Both the position numbers and the translations under genes were made by a program. A stretch of DNA of 60,535 nucleotides from an uncultured Candidatus Saccharibacteria bacterium. GTDB taxonomy: Bacteria > Patescibacteriota > Minisyncoccia > Phycocordibacterales > Phycocordibacteraceae. Numbering within the stretch: the first letter of the stretch is position 1; every line of letters begins with the position of its first letter. Of the stretch, positions 33,256-45,266 are shown piece by piece. The stretch lies in NCBI GenBank assembly GCA_964651935.1, contig CAZYZM010000001.1:1-60535 (forward strand), given 5' to 3'. Under the pieces are notes generated by a model. It saw only the letters and a program-made list of their open reading frames with translations, made no database searches and had not been told where the DNA came from.

Positions 33256-33750
33256 ATGAACGATTTGCAACAGGTATACAAGATGAAATTGAGGAAGATG
33301 CTGAACGTCGAGGAGCAGATTATCGCCGCCCTTCCGTCCATGATCGCGAACGCGACGGACGAGGGCCTGCGGGAAGGCCTTGAGCAGCACCTTGAGGAAA
33401 CGGAGGGCCAGCGCGACCGGCTCATGGAGATACTTCTCCGCCACGGCGATGCGAGCGGCGAGGAGGATGCCGCCTTCAAAGCGCTCCTCGCGGAATCCGA
33501 GAAGGCCATGCAGGCCATCACGGACCCCATGACGCGCGACGCGGCCATCATCGCCGACGCGCAGGTGGTCGAGCATATCGAGATCTCGCGATATGGCACC
33601 CTCATCGCCTGGGCGAAGGCCGTCGGCGACGATGAGTCGGTGCCGGCGCTCGAGGAGACGCTCGCGCAGGAAGAGAATGCTGACAAGACGCTCACAGGAG
33701 TCGCGGAAGGCGGCCTCCTCACGACCGGCGTGAACGAGGAGGCGGCATAG
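33256..33750 (+). CDS. YciE/YciF-like ferritin-like (DUF892) protein
   Basis: 164 aa. LQQVYKMKLRKMLNVEEQIIAALPSMI...LEQHLEETEGQRDRL...VEHIEISRYGTL matches DUF892 stress proteins. Confidence 0.75.
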   Translation: MNDLQQVYKMKLRKMLNVEEQIIAALPSMIANATDEGLREGLEQHLEETEGQRDRLMEILLRHGDASGEEDAAFKALLAESEKAMQAITDPMTRDAAIIADAQVVEHIEISRYGTLIAWAKAVGDDESVPALEETLAQEENADKTLTGVAEGGLLTTGVNEEAA

Positions 33751-33780
33751 CGGCTTCGATGCCGTTCACCGGGCTACCAC

Positions 33781-33810
33781 GAAGAAAGCCGCCCTCGGGC
33801 GGCTTTCTTC
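33781..33810 (+). terminator. intrinsic (bidirectional-looking) terminator
   Basis: GAAGAAAGCCGCCC-TC-GGGCGGCTTTCTTC perfect hairpin. Confidence 0.8.
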
Positions 33811-33821
33811 GTTCATTCGTG

Positions 33822-33892
33822 TTGCGGGGGCCGGAATCGAACCGGCGTCTGGAGGTTATGAGCCTCCCGAGGTACCTCTCCTCTACCCCGCT
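33822..33892 (-). tRNA. tRNA-Met (anticodon CAT), initiator-like
   Basis: Reverse complement is AGCGGGG-TA-GAGG-AGAGGTA-CCTC-G-GGAGG-CTCATAA-CCTCC-AGAC-GCCGG-TTCGATT-CCGGC-CCCCGCA-A. It has an A1/A72 mismatch, and its T arm and acceptor closely resemble bacterial tRNA-fMet. CCA is not encoded. Confidence 0.75.
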
Positions 33893-33930
33893 ATGTTCAT
33901 AGTATACGCCATTTTGCGGCGACCGCAACC

Positions 33931-34524
33931 CTAGATCTCCCCGTGCTCGCGGAAGACAGCCTCGTAGTTGGCGATGGTGCGGTGCGCGAGGCGCTCGGTC
34001 AGCTGGTAGGCGGAACCCTGGTGCGCTATCTCGTTGCGCACCTTGTGCGCCTCCCACGCGTTGTTGAGCGTCTGGAAGTGCGCGGAATTCACCGCGCGCA
34101 GCTTCTCGCCTACAGAATCGCCCTGGTAGCCCAGCTGGGTCAGCACTTCGTCGAGCATGATGTCCGCCTCGATGATGGCGTTGCGCCAATCGCTCTCCTG
34201 CCCCGTCTCGACGAGCTGCATGATGTACGCCCAGCGCGCGTGGTCGACGCGGCGGTCCTCTTCCTCGAACGTGCGGGTCGCGTAGCGCGGTTCCTCCTCG
34301 CGCCGCACCTGGTAGTAGCGGATGGTCGCGTAGGTGAAGACGCCGATGGCGGCGAGCGAGAACAGGTACGCGAACAGCGTGAGCGCCAGCCAGAGGTGGC
34401 TCATGAAGACGAGGAGCCCGTTCGCGGAGACATCCGCTGCGCCGGTGCCGTGCAGCAGGTTATACAGGAGCCGGAAGAAGTACTCGACGTTCAGGAAGTG
34501 GACGGGCGGGCCCTCGCTTTGCAT
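33931..34524 (-). CDS. hypothetical membrane protein
   Basis: 197 aa with one or two N-terminal helices and a helical soluble C-terminal domain. No motif recognised. Confidence 0.6.
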   Translation of the reverse strand: MQSEGPPVHFLNVEYFFRLLYNLLHGTGAADVSANGLLVFMSHLWLALTLFAYLFSLAAIGVFTYATIRYYQVRREEEPRYATRTFEEEDRRVDHARWAYIMQLVETGQESDWRNAIIEADIMLDEVLTQLGYQGDSVGEKLRAVNSAHFQTLNNAWEAHKVRNEIAHQGSAYQLTERLAHRTIANYEAVFREHGEI

Positions 34525-34529
34525 TACCT

Positions 34530-35970
<1,441 letters not shown>

Positions 35971-35978
<8 letters not shown>

Positions 35979-36300
35979 GCGACAGTATCTTCTTTACGGA
36001 AAGCGCGTCGCCGGCCTTCGCGGGGAAGGCGTCGACGATGCCTTCGGTCCACGTACCCGGCGCGTACGGCTCCGCATCGTCGCGCAGCGCGTTATGCAGA
36101 GGCGGCAGCTCAGGCGCCTTCCCGACCGAGAGCGAGAGCTCGTCGAGCTGGCCGATGTAGGCGAGGATGCTCCCGAACTCAGCCGCGAGCGCTTCCTTCC
36201 GGCCATCAGGAATGGCGATGCGCGCGAGCGCGGCAAGGCGTTCGACCGTCGCTGCCGGCGCCTCATCCATCTTATCCATGGGGACAGCGGAAGAAATCAT
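35971..36300 (-). CDS. gatC: Asp/Glu-tRNA(Asn/Gln) amidotransferase subunit C
   Basis: 109 aa. VERLAALARIAIPDGRKEALAAEFGSILAYIGQLDEL. Translationally coupled to gatA. Confidence 0.85.
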
Positions 36301-36312
36301 ACGAGCACTGTA

Positions 36313-38373
<2,061 letters not shown>

Positions 38374-38393
38374 CTACCGCGCGCGGCGCGCTT

Positions 38394-38849
38394 CTAATAA
38401 TGCGCCTTCAGGCCGCGCTCGATGCGGGTGAGGTCGTTGTCGCGGCAGGAGCTGAAGCCGTTCGCGTAAATGTTCGTCTGGCCGGTCGACTGCTTGTATA
38501 TCTCCACGTGCGCCGAGACGCCTGACGACGGGCAGGAAAGGTCGAACTTCGTGATGCGCTGGCCGCTTGCCATGGGGTTCGTGAAATTGACCACCGTAAC
38601 GTTGTCGCATTTGATGGTGCTGCCTGACTTCGGCGCGCTGTAGCTGAAGGCGTTGCTCTTCTGGTCCCAGTAGAGCGCGCATTCCAGGGCCGAATCCGCG
38701 TTATAGAACGCGATCTGCGAGTTCTTCGCGCTCGAGGCGAGCACTATCTGCTTGTATGCCATATCCAAGAGCGCGATGCCGACCGCCAGGACGACGGATG
38801 TCAGGATGATAGCGATGAGGAGCGCGAAGCCGCGGGAAGTATGCATCAT
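38394..38849 (-). CDS. PilX-like minor pilin/pseudopilin (no Glu+5)
   Basis: Trimmed to MMHTSRGFALLIAIILTSVVLAVG. ATGA overlap with the upstream pilin-like gene. The longer in-frame extension overlaps that gene. Confidence 0.6.
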   Translation of the reverse strand: MMHTSRGFALLIAIILTSVVLAVGIALLDMAYKQIVLASSAKNSQIAFYNADSALECALYWDQKSNAFSYSAPKSGSTIKCDNVTVVNFTNPMASGQRITKFDLSCPSSGVSAHVEIYKQSTGQTNIYANGFSSCRDNDLTRIERGLKAHY

Positions 38850-39382
38850 AGCCAATTGTACAGGTTCTCCGTAACGGTAACCGTGTAATCGCGGTGCGAC
38901 GTCTCCCAGGCAACCGTAACCGTAACCCGGACCTGGGTCGAGGAAACCTGGTCGATCTTCACGATACGCGTGAAGCGGGTCTCCGTCCCCGTCGAGTAGG
39001 TGTAGAGCTGCGTCGCGCCGTCGAGCTTGAGCGGGCGGCAGGCTGCCGACGAGCAGTACTGGAGCGCTGCCGCCTTCGGATCCACCGTGCAGCCGTACGC
39101 GTGCAGGTTCGTAAGGCACGAGTTCATGCCGTAGAGCCAGTCGTGCCCGCCGAGATAATTGCTGTCGCGGACGTAATAGATGTATTCAGCCGCCTCTTCG
39201 GCCAGCGAGGTCGCGATGAGCTGGTCGCGCGCCGCGTACGAGGCCATGATGGCCTGCTGAACCGAGTAATAGGGGCCGACGATGGCGATCATGAGGATGG
39301 CGATGGCCACCAGCGTCTCGACGAGCGTGAAGCCGCGGCGGGCAGGAGGCAGGGCGGATGCGTGAGTGGCGTTCATGGTCAT
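38846..39382 (-). CDS. prepilin-type minor pilin (PilW-like)
   Basis: 178 aa with N-terminal cleavage/methylation motif RRGFTLVETLVAIAILMIAIVGP. Confidence 0.75.
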   Translation of the reverse strand: MTMNATHASALPPARRGFTLVETLVAIAILMIAIVGPYYSVQQAIMASYAARDQLIATSLAEEAAEYIYYVRDSNYLGGHDWLYGMNSCLTNLHAYGCTVDPKAAALQYCSSAACRPLKLDGATQLYTYSTGTETRFTRIVKIDQVSSTQVRVTVTVAWETSHRDYTVTVTENLYNWL

Positions 39383-39924
39383 AGGTCGATTATGCGCTGC
39401 GTCGAGCCGCCTTCGAGGGTGAAAGTAACCGGGTCGGAGTTCGCGTCCGGCGTTATCGACCCCGAGACCGTGAACGTTACGTGCGGCTGGACGCTGTCGG
39501 TCGGCGAGAGCCCCTGCGCGTAGAACATGAGCTTCGAGATGTGGATGCGCGGGTCCGTGAGCGTGGACGCGCTCGAATTAGTGCAGGCAGTGGTCTGGTA
39601 GCACAGGCCGACCGTGCCGTCGGTCTTCAGCATATATGTGTTCTCATGCCCGCTCTCGTCCGTGAAGGTGAACGAGGTCCCCCCGGTGCCAACCTCGTAA
39701 TCCAAGCCTGTGCGCATGGAACGCGCCATCGTCTCGACCACGAAGGAAAGGTTCGCGACAAGGTCGTTCGTCGCGCGCGCCTTCCGGTCGAGCGCGATGA
39801 GCGAGAGGTACGCCCCCACGGCGATGGTGATGACGATAGTGAAGATCGCGATAGAGACGATGAGTTCCACGAGCGTGAAGCCGCGGCGCGGGCGAAGGGT
39901 CGGGTTCGTGGCGTACGTATGCAT
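39379..39924 (-). CDS. prepilin-type minor pilin (PilV-like)
   Basis: 181 aa with RRGFTLVELIVSIAIFTIVITIAVG. 4-nt overlap with the next gene. Confidence 0.75.
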   Translation of the reverse strand: MHTYATNPTLRPRRGFTLVELIVSIAIFTIVITIAVGAYLSLIALDRKARATNDLVANLSFVVETMARSMRTGLDYEVGTGGTSFTFTDESGHENTYMLKTDGTVGLCYQTTACTNSSASTLTDPRIHISKLMFYAQGLSPTDSVQPHVTFTVSGSITPDANSDPVTFTLEGGSTQRIIDL

Positions 39925-39927
39925 AGG

Positions 39928-40623
39928 TTAGGGGCAGGTCCTGCCGATAGATATCTCGCCGAGCATGGAAACGCGCACCGTCTTCGTCGCCTGCTTCGTC
40001 TGGTCGGCGATGGTGATCTGAGCGCAAGAGAACTGGGCGGAGGAAGGGCTGCCGTTGATGTACCCGCTGATGGTCGTGGTTACGTTCGGGCGGGTGAAGG
40101 CGATATCGAGCGCGGTCAGCGAGCCGTCAGAGCAGTACAGCTGCTGGCCGTACTTCGCGCAGAACTTCTGTATGGTGAAGCCGCGCGTGAAGGAATACGT
40201 CTCGACCGTGCCGTCCGAGGAACTGAAGCGGCAATCTCCGTGCTTCTCTTCCGGGGTGCCTGCCGTTCCGAGCGGGCATGCGCCCGTAGGGGTCGCGGTA
40301 CGCGCCGTGTCGGCGAACAGCGTGTACTGCCCGGGGGTCGCATTGCTGAAATGGAGGCCGTACCCTGCGTTCTGCACCGTGCCGAACTGGCGGCTGGCGA
40401 GCCCGTACGACTGCGCCTGGCGCGCCGAGAACGCGACATTGTAGGCCGTGTCGGTGAGCAGGAGCGTCTTGTTGAACGCCGACTGCCCCGTAACGGCGAT
40501 GGCCGTGACGATGACGATGATGGCCAGCACCACGAGCATCTCGATGAGCGTGAAGCCCCGCGGCGGGCGGGCCTGCGGCGGGGACGAAGAGGCGCGCGTA
40601 GCTAGAACGGGAGTGGATTCCAT
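39928..40623 (-). CDS. prepilin-type minor pilin (FimT/GspH-like)
   Basis: 231 aa with PRGFTLIEMLVVLAIIVIVTAIAV. Confidence 0.7.
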   Translation of the reverse strand: MESTPVLATRASSSPPQARPPRGFTLIEMLVVLAIIVIVTAIAVTGQSAFNKTLLLTDTAYNVAFSARQAQSYGLASRQFGTVQNAGYGLHFSNATPGQYTLFADTARTATPTGACPLGTAGTPEEKHGDCRFSSSDGTVETYSFTRGFTIQKFCAKYGQQLYCSDGSLTALDIAFTRPNVTTTISGYINGSPSSAQFSCAQITIADQTKQATKTVRVSMLGEISIGRTCP

Positions 40624-41351
40624 TGCGTGAAGAAGGCGAGGAGGAAGCCCGCGGCCAGGAACGGCGCGAACGGCACCTCTATACCCATTCTAGGCCCTCC
40701 CTTCCGTAATACCAATATAAGGATGCCGATAACTCCCCCTATCCAGAATGAGAACAGGAAGCCTGCCAGCGCGCGCTCCCCTGCCAGGAGCGCCAGCCCG
40801 AAGGAGAGCGGCGTATCCCCCAGCCCCATCGCCCGTCCGCGCGAGAACGCGTAGAGGCAGAAGAAGAAGAGCGCGATGCCGGCCGCGTACGCGGCCGGCA
40901 CGATAAGCGCAGGAAGGCTCGGCGCGGCAGAAAGCGCATAGAGCGCAGAAAGCGCGATGAAGAGCGTCGAGGCCGGCGACGGGACGAGCGTATGCCGCAG
41001 GTCGTAGACGACGATGAAGGCCAGGACGCACAGCGCGGCAAGGAAGAGGAGGAGCGGCAGCCCGATGCCGAGCGCCGCGTATGCCGCAGCGAACAGGAGC
41101 CCGAGCGCGAGCTCATAGAGCGCGTAGAGTCCCGGCACGCGCGCGCCGCAGTGCCTGCAGCGGCCGCGGTGCATGAGCCAGGAGAGTGCGGGTACGAGAT
41201 CGCGGGGCGTAAGGGTCGTGCGGCACGAGTTGCAGCGCGACCTCCCCGTCTTCCATGACTGGCCGGTATACGCACGTTCCGCGGCCACGCCTACGAAGCT
41301 GCCAGCAAGGGCGCCGAAAGCGAAGAAGAGCGCGATGAGGCTGACGGTCAT
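40602..41351 (-). CDS. pilD: prepilin peptidase (A24 family)
   Basis: 249 aa and polytopic. N-terminal Cys motif CNSCRTTL...CRHCGARV and catalytic Asp blocks (VVYDLRH, GLGDTPL). Confidence 0.85.
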   Translation of the reverse strand: MTVSLIALFFAFGALAGSFVGVAAERAYTGQSWKTGRSRCNSCRTTLTPRDLVPALSWLMHRGRCRHCGARVPGLYALYELALGLLFAAAYAALGIGLPLLLFLAALCVLAFIVVYDLRHTLVPSPASTLFIALSALYALSAAPSLPALIVPAAYAAGIALFFFCLYAFSRGRAMGLGDTPLSFGLALLAGERALAGFLFSFWIGGVIGILILVLRKGGPRMGIEVPFAPFLAAGFLLAFFTQWNPLPF

Positions 41352-41372
41352 GGGCAGTACGCAGGCAACAGG

Positions 41373-41918
41373 TTAGGAACACTTCGCGTCGCCCGCTGCG
41401 AGCCGCGTTCCGCTAGCGGTCAGCACGTCGTATACCTTCGCCGTTCCCGAGCTGTCTATGCAGTACATCGGGTACGCTATGCCGTCGTACTCGCCTTTGA
41501 GCGGCGCCTCGATAGCCCATGCATCCAACGGGTTGTACGAGCCGGAGGACGGCGTCGCATGGCAGGTCGTCTTGCCGAAGGAACCGGCCGAATTGGAAGC
41601 GTTAGGCGTCGAGTTCGATGCCTTCGCCGCCGCTTCGATGAACGAGTAGATTCCCTTCACGCCATTGGCGCTCGCCGATGCGTTGCACAGGTCGTTTGCT
41701 GTTCCGATCGTCCCGACGTACTTGTTGCTGTTTGCGTCATAGAAGAGCTCCGCTTGCGCGCGCGCATTGTTCAGATTGGACTTCACTGCCGCGTCGTTCC
41801 CTTTGGAACGCGCCGTGTTGAGGCTCGCGAGCACGACGGACGAGAGGATGCCGATGATGGCGATGACGACCAGGAGCTCGATGAGGGTGAAGCCTCCGGA
41901 ACTTCGATGAGTCTGCAT
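41373..41918 (-). CDS. type IV pilin (major-pilin candidate, paralogue 1)
   Basis: Trimmed to the ATG at 41918: MQTHRSSGGFTLIELLVVIAIIGILSSVVLASLNTARSKG. Cys residues in the C-terminal domain. Confidence 0.8.
   Translation of the reverse strand: MQTHRSSGGFTLIELLVVIAIIGILSSVVLASLNTARSKGNDAAVKSNLNNARAQAELFYDANSNKYVGTIGTANDLCNASASANGVKGIYSFIEAAAKASNSTPNASNSAGSFGKTTCHATPSSGSYNPLDAWAIEAPLKGEYDGIAYPMYCIDSSGTAKVYDVLTASGTRLAAGDAKCS
41808..41896. repeat. 89-bp segment identical to 42372..42460 (pilin N-terminal coding region)
   Basis: Base-by-base comparison of the two printed stretches (ACGCGCCGTGTTGAGGCTCGCGAGCACGACGGACGAGAGGATGCCGATGATGGCGATGACGACCAGGAGCTCGATGAGGGTGAAGCCTC) shows no mismatch. Confidence 0.9.
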
Positions 41919-42001
41919 GTGAGGGCAAGAAAAGAAGTAATACCTGTATGCTAGCACGCGGCCTGCCGCATACTGCCGCTATGCACAAAGGGAGGAAAAG
42001 G

Positions 42002-42032
42002 AAAAAGCCGCTCCCTTCGGGAGCGGCTTTTT
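42002..42032 (-). terminator. intrinsic terminator between the two pilin genes
   Basis: AAAAAGCCGCTCCC-TTCG-GGAGCGGCTTTTT, 16 nt after the stop of pilin paralogue 2. Confidence 0.85.
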
Positions 42033-42047
42033 CCTTAGTTTAGTCAA

Positions 42048-42488
42048 TTACGACTTAGTGCACACGGTTGTCCCATCTGCCAAGGCCGTGGCAGTTATCA
42101 TCGAGGCGCCCGTGCTATCGACACAATAAGAATTGCCGCTGTCAGCCTTGAGCTTTCCCGCAGCTGCCCACGCGGTAGCGCTTGAACCGCACGTCGCATT
42201 AGCTGCGCCGCCGGCAGCGCTCTCTGCGCCTTCGACCATGGTCTTGATACCGTCAGCAGCGGTGCAGAGTGCGTTCGAAGCGCCATAGCCGCCGTGGTCG
42301 TCATAATACAGCTCGGCCTGCGCGCGCGCATTGTCGAGGTTCGACTTGATAGCCGCATCAGCGCCCTTGTTACGCGCCGTGTTGAGGCTCGCGAGCACGA
42401 CGGACGAGAGGATGCCGATGATGGCGATGACGACCAGGAGCTCGATGAGGGTGAAGCCTCGGCGAGCTGAGGAAGATGATTTCTCCAT
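42048..42488 (-). CDS. type IV pilin (major-pilin candidate, paralogue 2)
   Basis: 146 aa. RRGFTLIELLVVIAIIGILSSVVLASLNTARNKG, with a dedicated terminator downstream. Confidence 0.85.
   Translation of the reverse strand: MEKSSSSARRGFTLIELLVVIAIIGILSSVVLASLNTARNKGADAAIKSNLDNARAQAELYYDDHGGYGASNALCTAADGIKTMVEGAESAAGGAANATCGSSATAWAAAGKLKADSGNSYCVDSTGASMITATALADGTTVCTKS
42372..42460. repeat. 89-bp segment identical to 41808..41896
   Basis: See the partner repeat entry. Confidence 0.9.
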
Positions 42489-42593
42489 AAGTAATAAGGG
42501 TGAATGTGATGCGGGGTTAGTAATGTCCGCTCCTTCTATTCTACGTGAATATTCCGTGCGACGTGCGTACGATGTGGATAAAAGCTCAAGAAC

Positions 42594-43802
42594 TTATGAG
42601 ATCGCGCCGGCGAGGTTGTAGATAGGGATGAGCACGGAAGCCAGGAGCGTACCGACGCCGAGGCCCAGAAGCACGATCATGAGCGGTTCGATGAGGTCCA
42701 CGAGCGTATCCACGGCCGTGGTAACCTCGCGCTGGTAGAACTTCGCGAGCGTGGAAAGGATAGAGCCCAGCTCGCCGGTCTCCTCTCCCACGCGGATCAT
42801 GGCGGTCATGATGCCGGGGATCTCAGGATGCTTGGCGAAGGCGTCAGAGATGGAGGAACCGCCCTTCACCGCCTCGCCGGTATCGGCGAGCACGCGCTCG
42901 TAGGTCGAGCTTCCCACCACAGAAGCGGTTATCTCGACCGCCTCGACCACCGGCACGCCCGAGACGAGCATGGTCGCGAAGTTGTCCGAGATGCGCGAGA
43001 GGTAGAGCTTCTGGTACAGGTCGCCCAGGTACGGGATATCGAGCTTGAAGCTGTCGAAGAAGAGCCGCCCTGCCTCGGTGCGCGCGTAGCGGTAGCCGAA
43101 CACGCCGGCGACGATGAGCGCGATGAGGAAGAAGATGCCGTAATGCACGAGGAACTCGGAGAGGCCGATGACGATGCGGGTGTATACCGGGACCTCCTGG
43201 CCGGAGTCCGTGAGGATGGCGCTGATCTTCGGGATGACGATGGTGAGCATGAGCACCATGACGATGACGAAGACGCCGATGACGAAGGCCGGATAGATAA
43301 GCGCGTTCTGCGCCTTGCTCATCACCTCGTACGTGCGGTCGAGGTAATCGGCCAGGTAACCGAAGGTCTGCGAGAGCTTTCCGGATTCCTCGCCGGAACG
43401 CACCATGTTCACATAGAAGCTCGAGAATACCTTCGGGTGCCGCGCCATCGCCTTGCTGATAGGGCTGCCGCCCTGCAGGTCGTCGGCGACCTGGGTGAGG
43501 ATCTCGGCGAGGTACTTGTTGTCGACCTCGGCGGCCAGGAGACGGAAGATGCGCAGCGCGGAGACCTGCGCTTCGAACAGCGTGGCGATCTGACGGGAAA
43601 GGATGACGATCTCCTTGTTGGAAACGTGCTTGAAGATGGAAATCTCCATCGAGAGGGCGGATTTCACCGTCGCCGGCTCGAGCGAGGAGACGATCAGGCC
43701 GCGGCGCTGCAGCGTAGAGACGGCGACGTCCATGGAGAGCGCCTCGACGGTGCCTTGCCGTTCATGTCCGTCCGGATCGAGCGCGTGGTAGGTGAAGAGC
43801 AT
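42594..43802 (-). CDS. pilC: type IV pilus platform protein (GspF/PilC family)
   Basis: 402 aa with two T2SSF repeats and 3-4 helices. Blocks SKAMARHPKVFSSFYVNMVRSGEESG and SDAFAKHPEIPGIMTAMIRVGEETG. Confidence 0.9.
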   Translation of the reverse strand: MLFTYHALDPDGHERQGTVEALSMDVAVSTLQRRGLIVSSLEPATVKSALSMEISIFKHVSNKEIVILSRQIATLFEAQVSALRIFRLLAAEVDNKYLAEILTQVADDLQGGSPISKAMARHPKVFSSFYVNMVRSGEESGKLSQTFGYLADYLDRTYEVMSKAQNALIYPAFVIGVFVIVMVLMLTIVIPKISAILTDSGQEVPVYTRIVIGLSEFLVHYGIFFLIALIVAGVFGYRYARTEAGRLFFDSFKLDIPYLGDLYQKLYLSRISDNFATMLVSGVPVVEAVEITASVVGSSTYERVLADTGEAVKGGSSISDAFAKHPEIPGIMTAMIRVGEETGELGSILSTLAKFYQREVTTAVDTLVDLIEPLMIVLLGLGVGTLLASVLIPIYNLAGAIS

Positions 43803-43808
43803 AGGTGG

Positions 43809-44873
43809 CTAGATATACCGCTCGAAGGTCTTCGGGTCGGTGGCACGCTCGTAGGCATGCTCGACCGTAACCTCCCCGCGGCGCACGAGCTCGGCCAGGG
43901 AACGGTCCATGTCGATCATGCCTTCCTGCGAGCTGGTCTGGATGACGGTAGAGATCTCGTGCGTGCGGCCTTCGCGGATGAGGTTCGCGACCGCGCTGTT
44001 ATTGATGAGCAGCTCGTACGCCGGAATAAGGCCGCCCTGGATGCGCGGGATGAGGCGCTGCGAGAAGATGCCCGCGAGCGAGCCGGCCAGCTGCACGCGC
44101 ACCTGGTCCTGCTGGTTCGGCGGGAACATGTCGATGACGCGGTCGATGGTCTGCGCGGCGTTGTTGGTATGGAGCGTCGAGAGCACGAGGTGTCCGGTCT
44201 CGGCGGCGGTTACGGCCGAAGAGATGGTCTCCTGGTCGCGCATCTCGCCCACCATGATGACGTTCACGTCCTCGCGGAAGGCCGCCTGGAGCGCGCTGTG
44301 GAAGTCAGGCGCGTCCACGTGCACCTCGCGCTGATGGATGAGCGACTTCTTCGGGTCGAAGATGTACTCTACCGGGTCCTCGATGGTAACGATATGCTCG
44401 GCGCGCGTCTCGTTAATGCGGTCGATGATCGCGGCCATGGTCGTGGACTTTCCCTGCCCCACGGGGCCGACGATGAGGAAGAACCCTTGTGCGCGCTGCG
44501 TGAAGACCTCGAGGATGGACGGGAGGTTCAGCTTCTCGAAGGTATGCGTCTCGTGCGGGATGAGGCGCATCGCGAGCGCCGCGGCGCCCTGTACCATGAA
44601 TCCGTTCACGCGGAAGCGGTATTTCTCGGTATGCGCGTATGAAAAGTCGATGGACTGCTTTTCCGAGAACCGCGCGAACCGCTCCTCGGGCGCCATGAAC
44701 TTCAGTATGGCCATCGTGTCCTCAGGGCTGAGCACCGCCTGCTGCACGAGCGGCACCAGCGTGCCGGAGACGCGGATGATAGGATGGCTCCCTGCCGAAA
44801 GGTGCAGGTCGGAACCGCCCTCGTGCACGACGATATCAAGGAGCGCGCTGATGGCCGCCTTCGCGTCAGTCAT
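43809..44873 (-). CDS. pilT: twitching-motility retraction ATPase
   Basis: 354 aa. GGSDLHL, Walker A GPVGQGKSTT, and the AALRQDPD-like AAFREDVNVIMVGEMRD and HLVLSTLHT blocks. Confidence 0.9.
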   Translation of the reverse strand: MTDAKAAISALLDIVVHEGGSDLHLSAGSHPIIRVSGTLVPLVQQAVLSPEDTMAILKFMAPEERFARFSEKQSIDFSYAHTEKYRFRVNGFMVQGAAALAMRLIPHETHTFEKLNLPSILEVFTQRAQGFFLIVGPVGQGKSTTMAAIIDRINETRAEHIVTIEDPVEYIFDPKKSLIHQREVHVDAPDFHSALQAAFREDVNVIMVGEMRDQETISSAVTAAETGHLVLSTLHTNNAAQTIDRVIDMFPPNQQDQVRVQLAGSLAGIFSQRLIPRIQGGLIPAYELLINNSAVANLIREGRTHEISTVIQTSSQEGMIDMDRSLAELVRRGEVTVEHAYERATDPKTFERYI

Positions 44874-45252
44874 GGGGTTTCTCGATTATGCGGATAGTCT
44901 CGGTGAACACTTCGGACGGTATGGCCGAGGCCTTGATGATGTAGCCGTCCACCTTCAGCTGCGTCGCGCGCTCGATATCGCTCGGCTGGCCCTGGTTGGT
45001 GAGCATGACGACCTTCATCGTCGGCTCGCCGAGCTTCTCCTTGCGTATCTCGTCGAGCGTCTCGAAGCCGTCCATCTCCGGCATGACCACGTCCAGGAGG
45101 AGCGCGTCGGGCGGATTGCCCTTGCGGAGCGCCTCGAGCACGTCCTTCCCGCCCTTGAAGGCGGTTACCTCGTGGCCGGCCGCCTTGAACTTCACCGCGT
45201 ACATGTCGAGCAGGAACCGGTCGTCGTCTACTAAGTAAATTCGGTACGCCAT
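44866..45252 (-). CDS. stand-alone CheY-like receiver protein embedded in the pilus operon
   Basis: 128 aa. YLVDDD, LLLDVVMPEMDG (phospho-acceptor Asp) and DGYIIKA (conserved Lys). 8-nt overlap with pilT. Confidence 0.85.
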   Translation of the reverse strand: MAYRIYLVDDDRFLLDMYAVKFKAAGHEVTAFKGGKDVLEALRKGNPPDALLLDVVMPEMDGFETLDEIRKEKLGEPTMKVVMLTNQGQPSDIERATQLKVDGYIIKASAIPSEVFTETIRIIEKPHD

Positions 45253-45266
45253 ACGAGGGATAGAGC

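Noticed and set aside
42828-44642. 604-aa plus-strand ORF
   Set aside because: It is antisense to pilC and pilT. It is Asp/Glu/Arg/His-rich with no motif. Shadow ORF.
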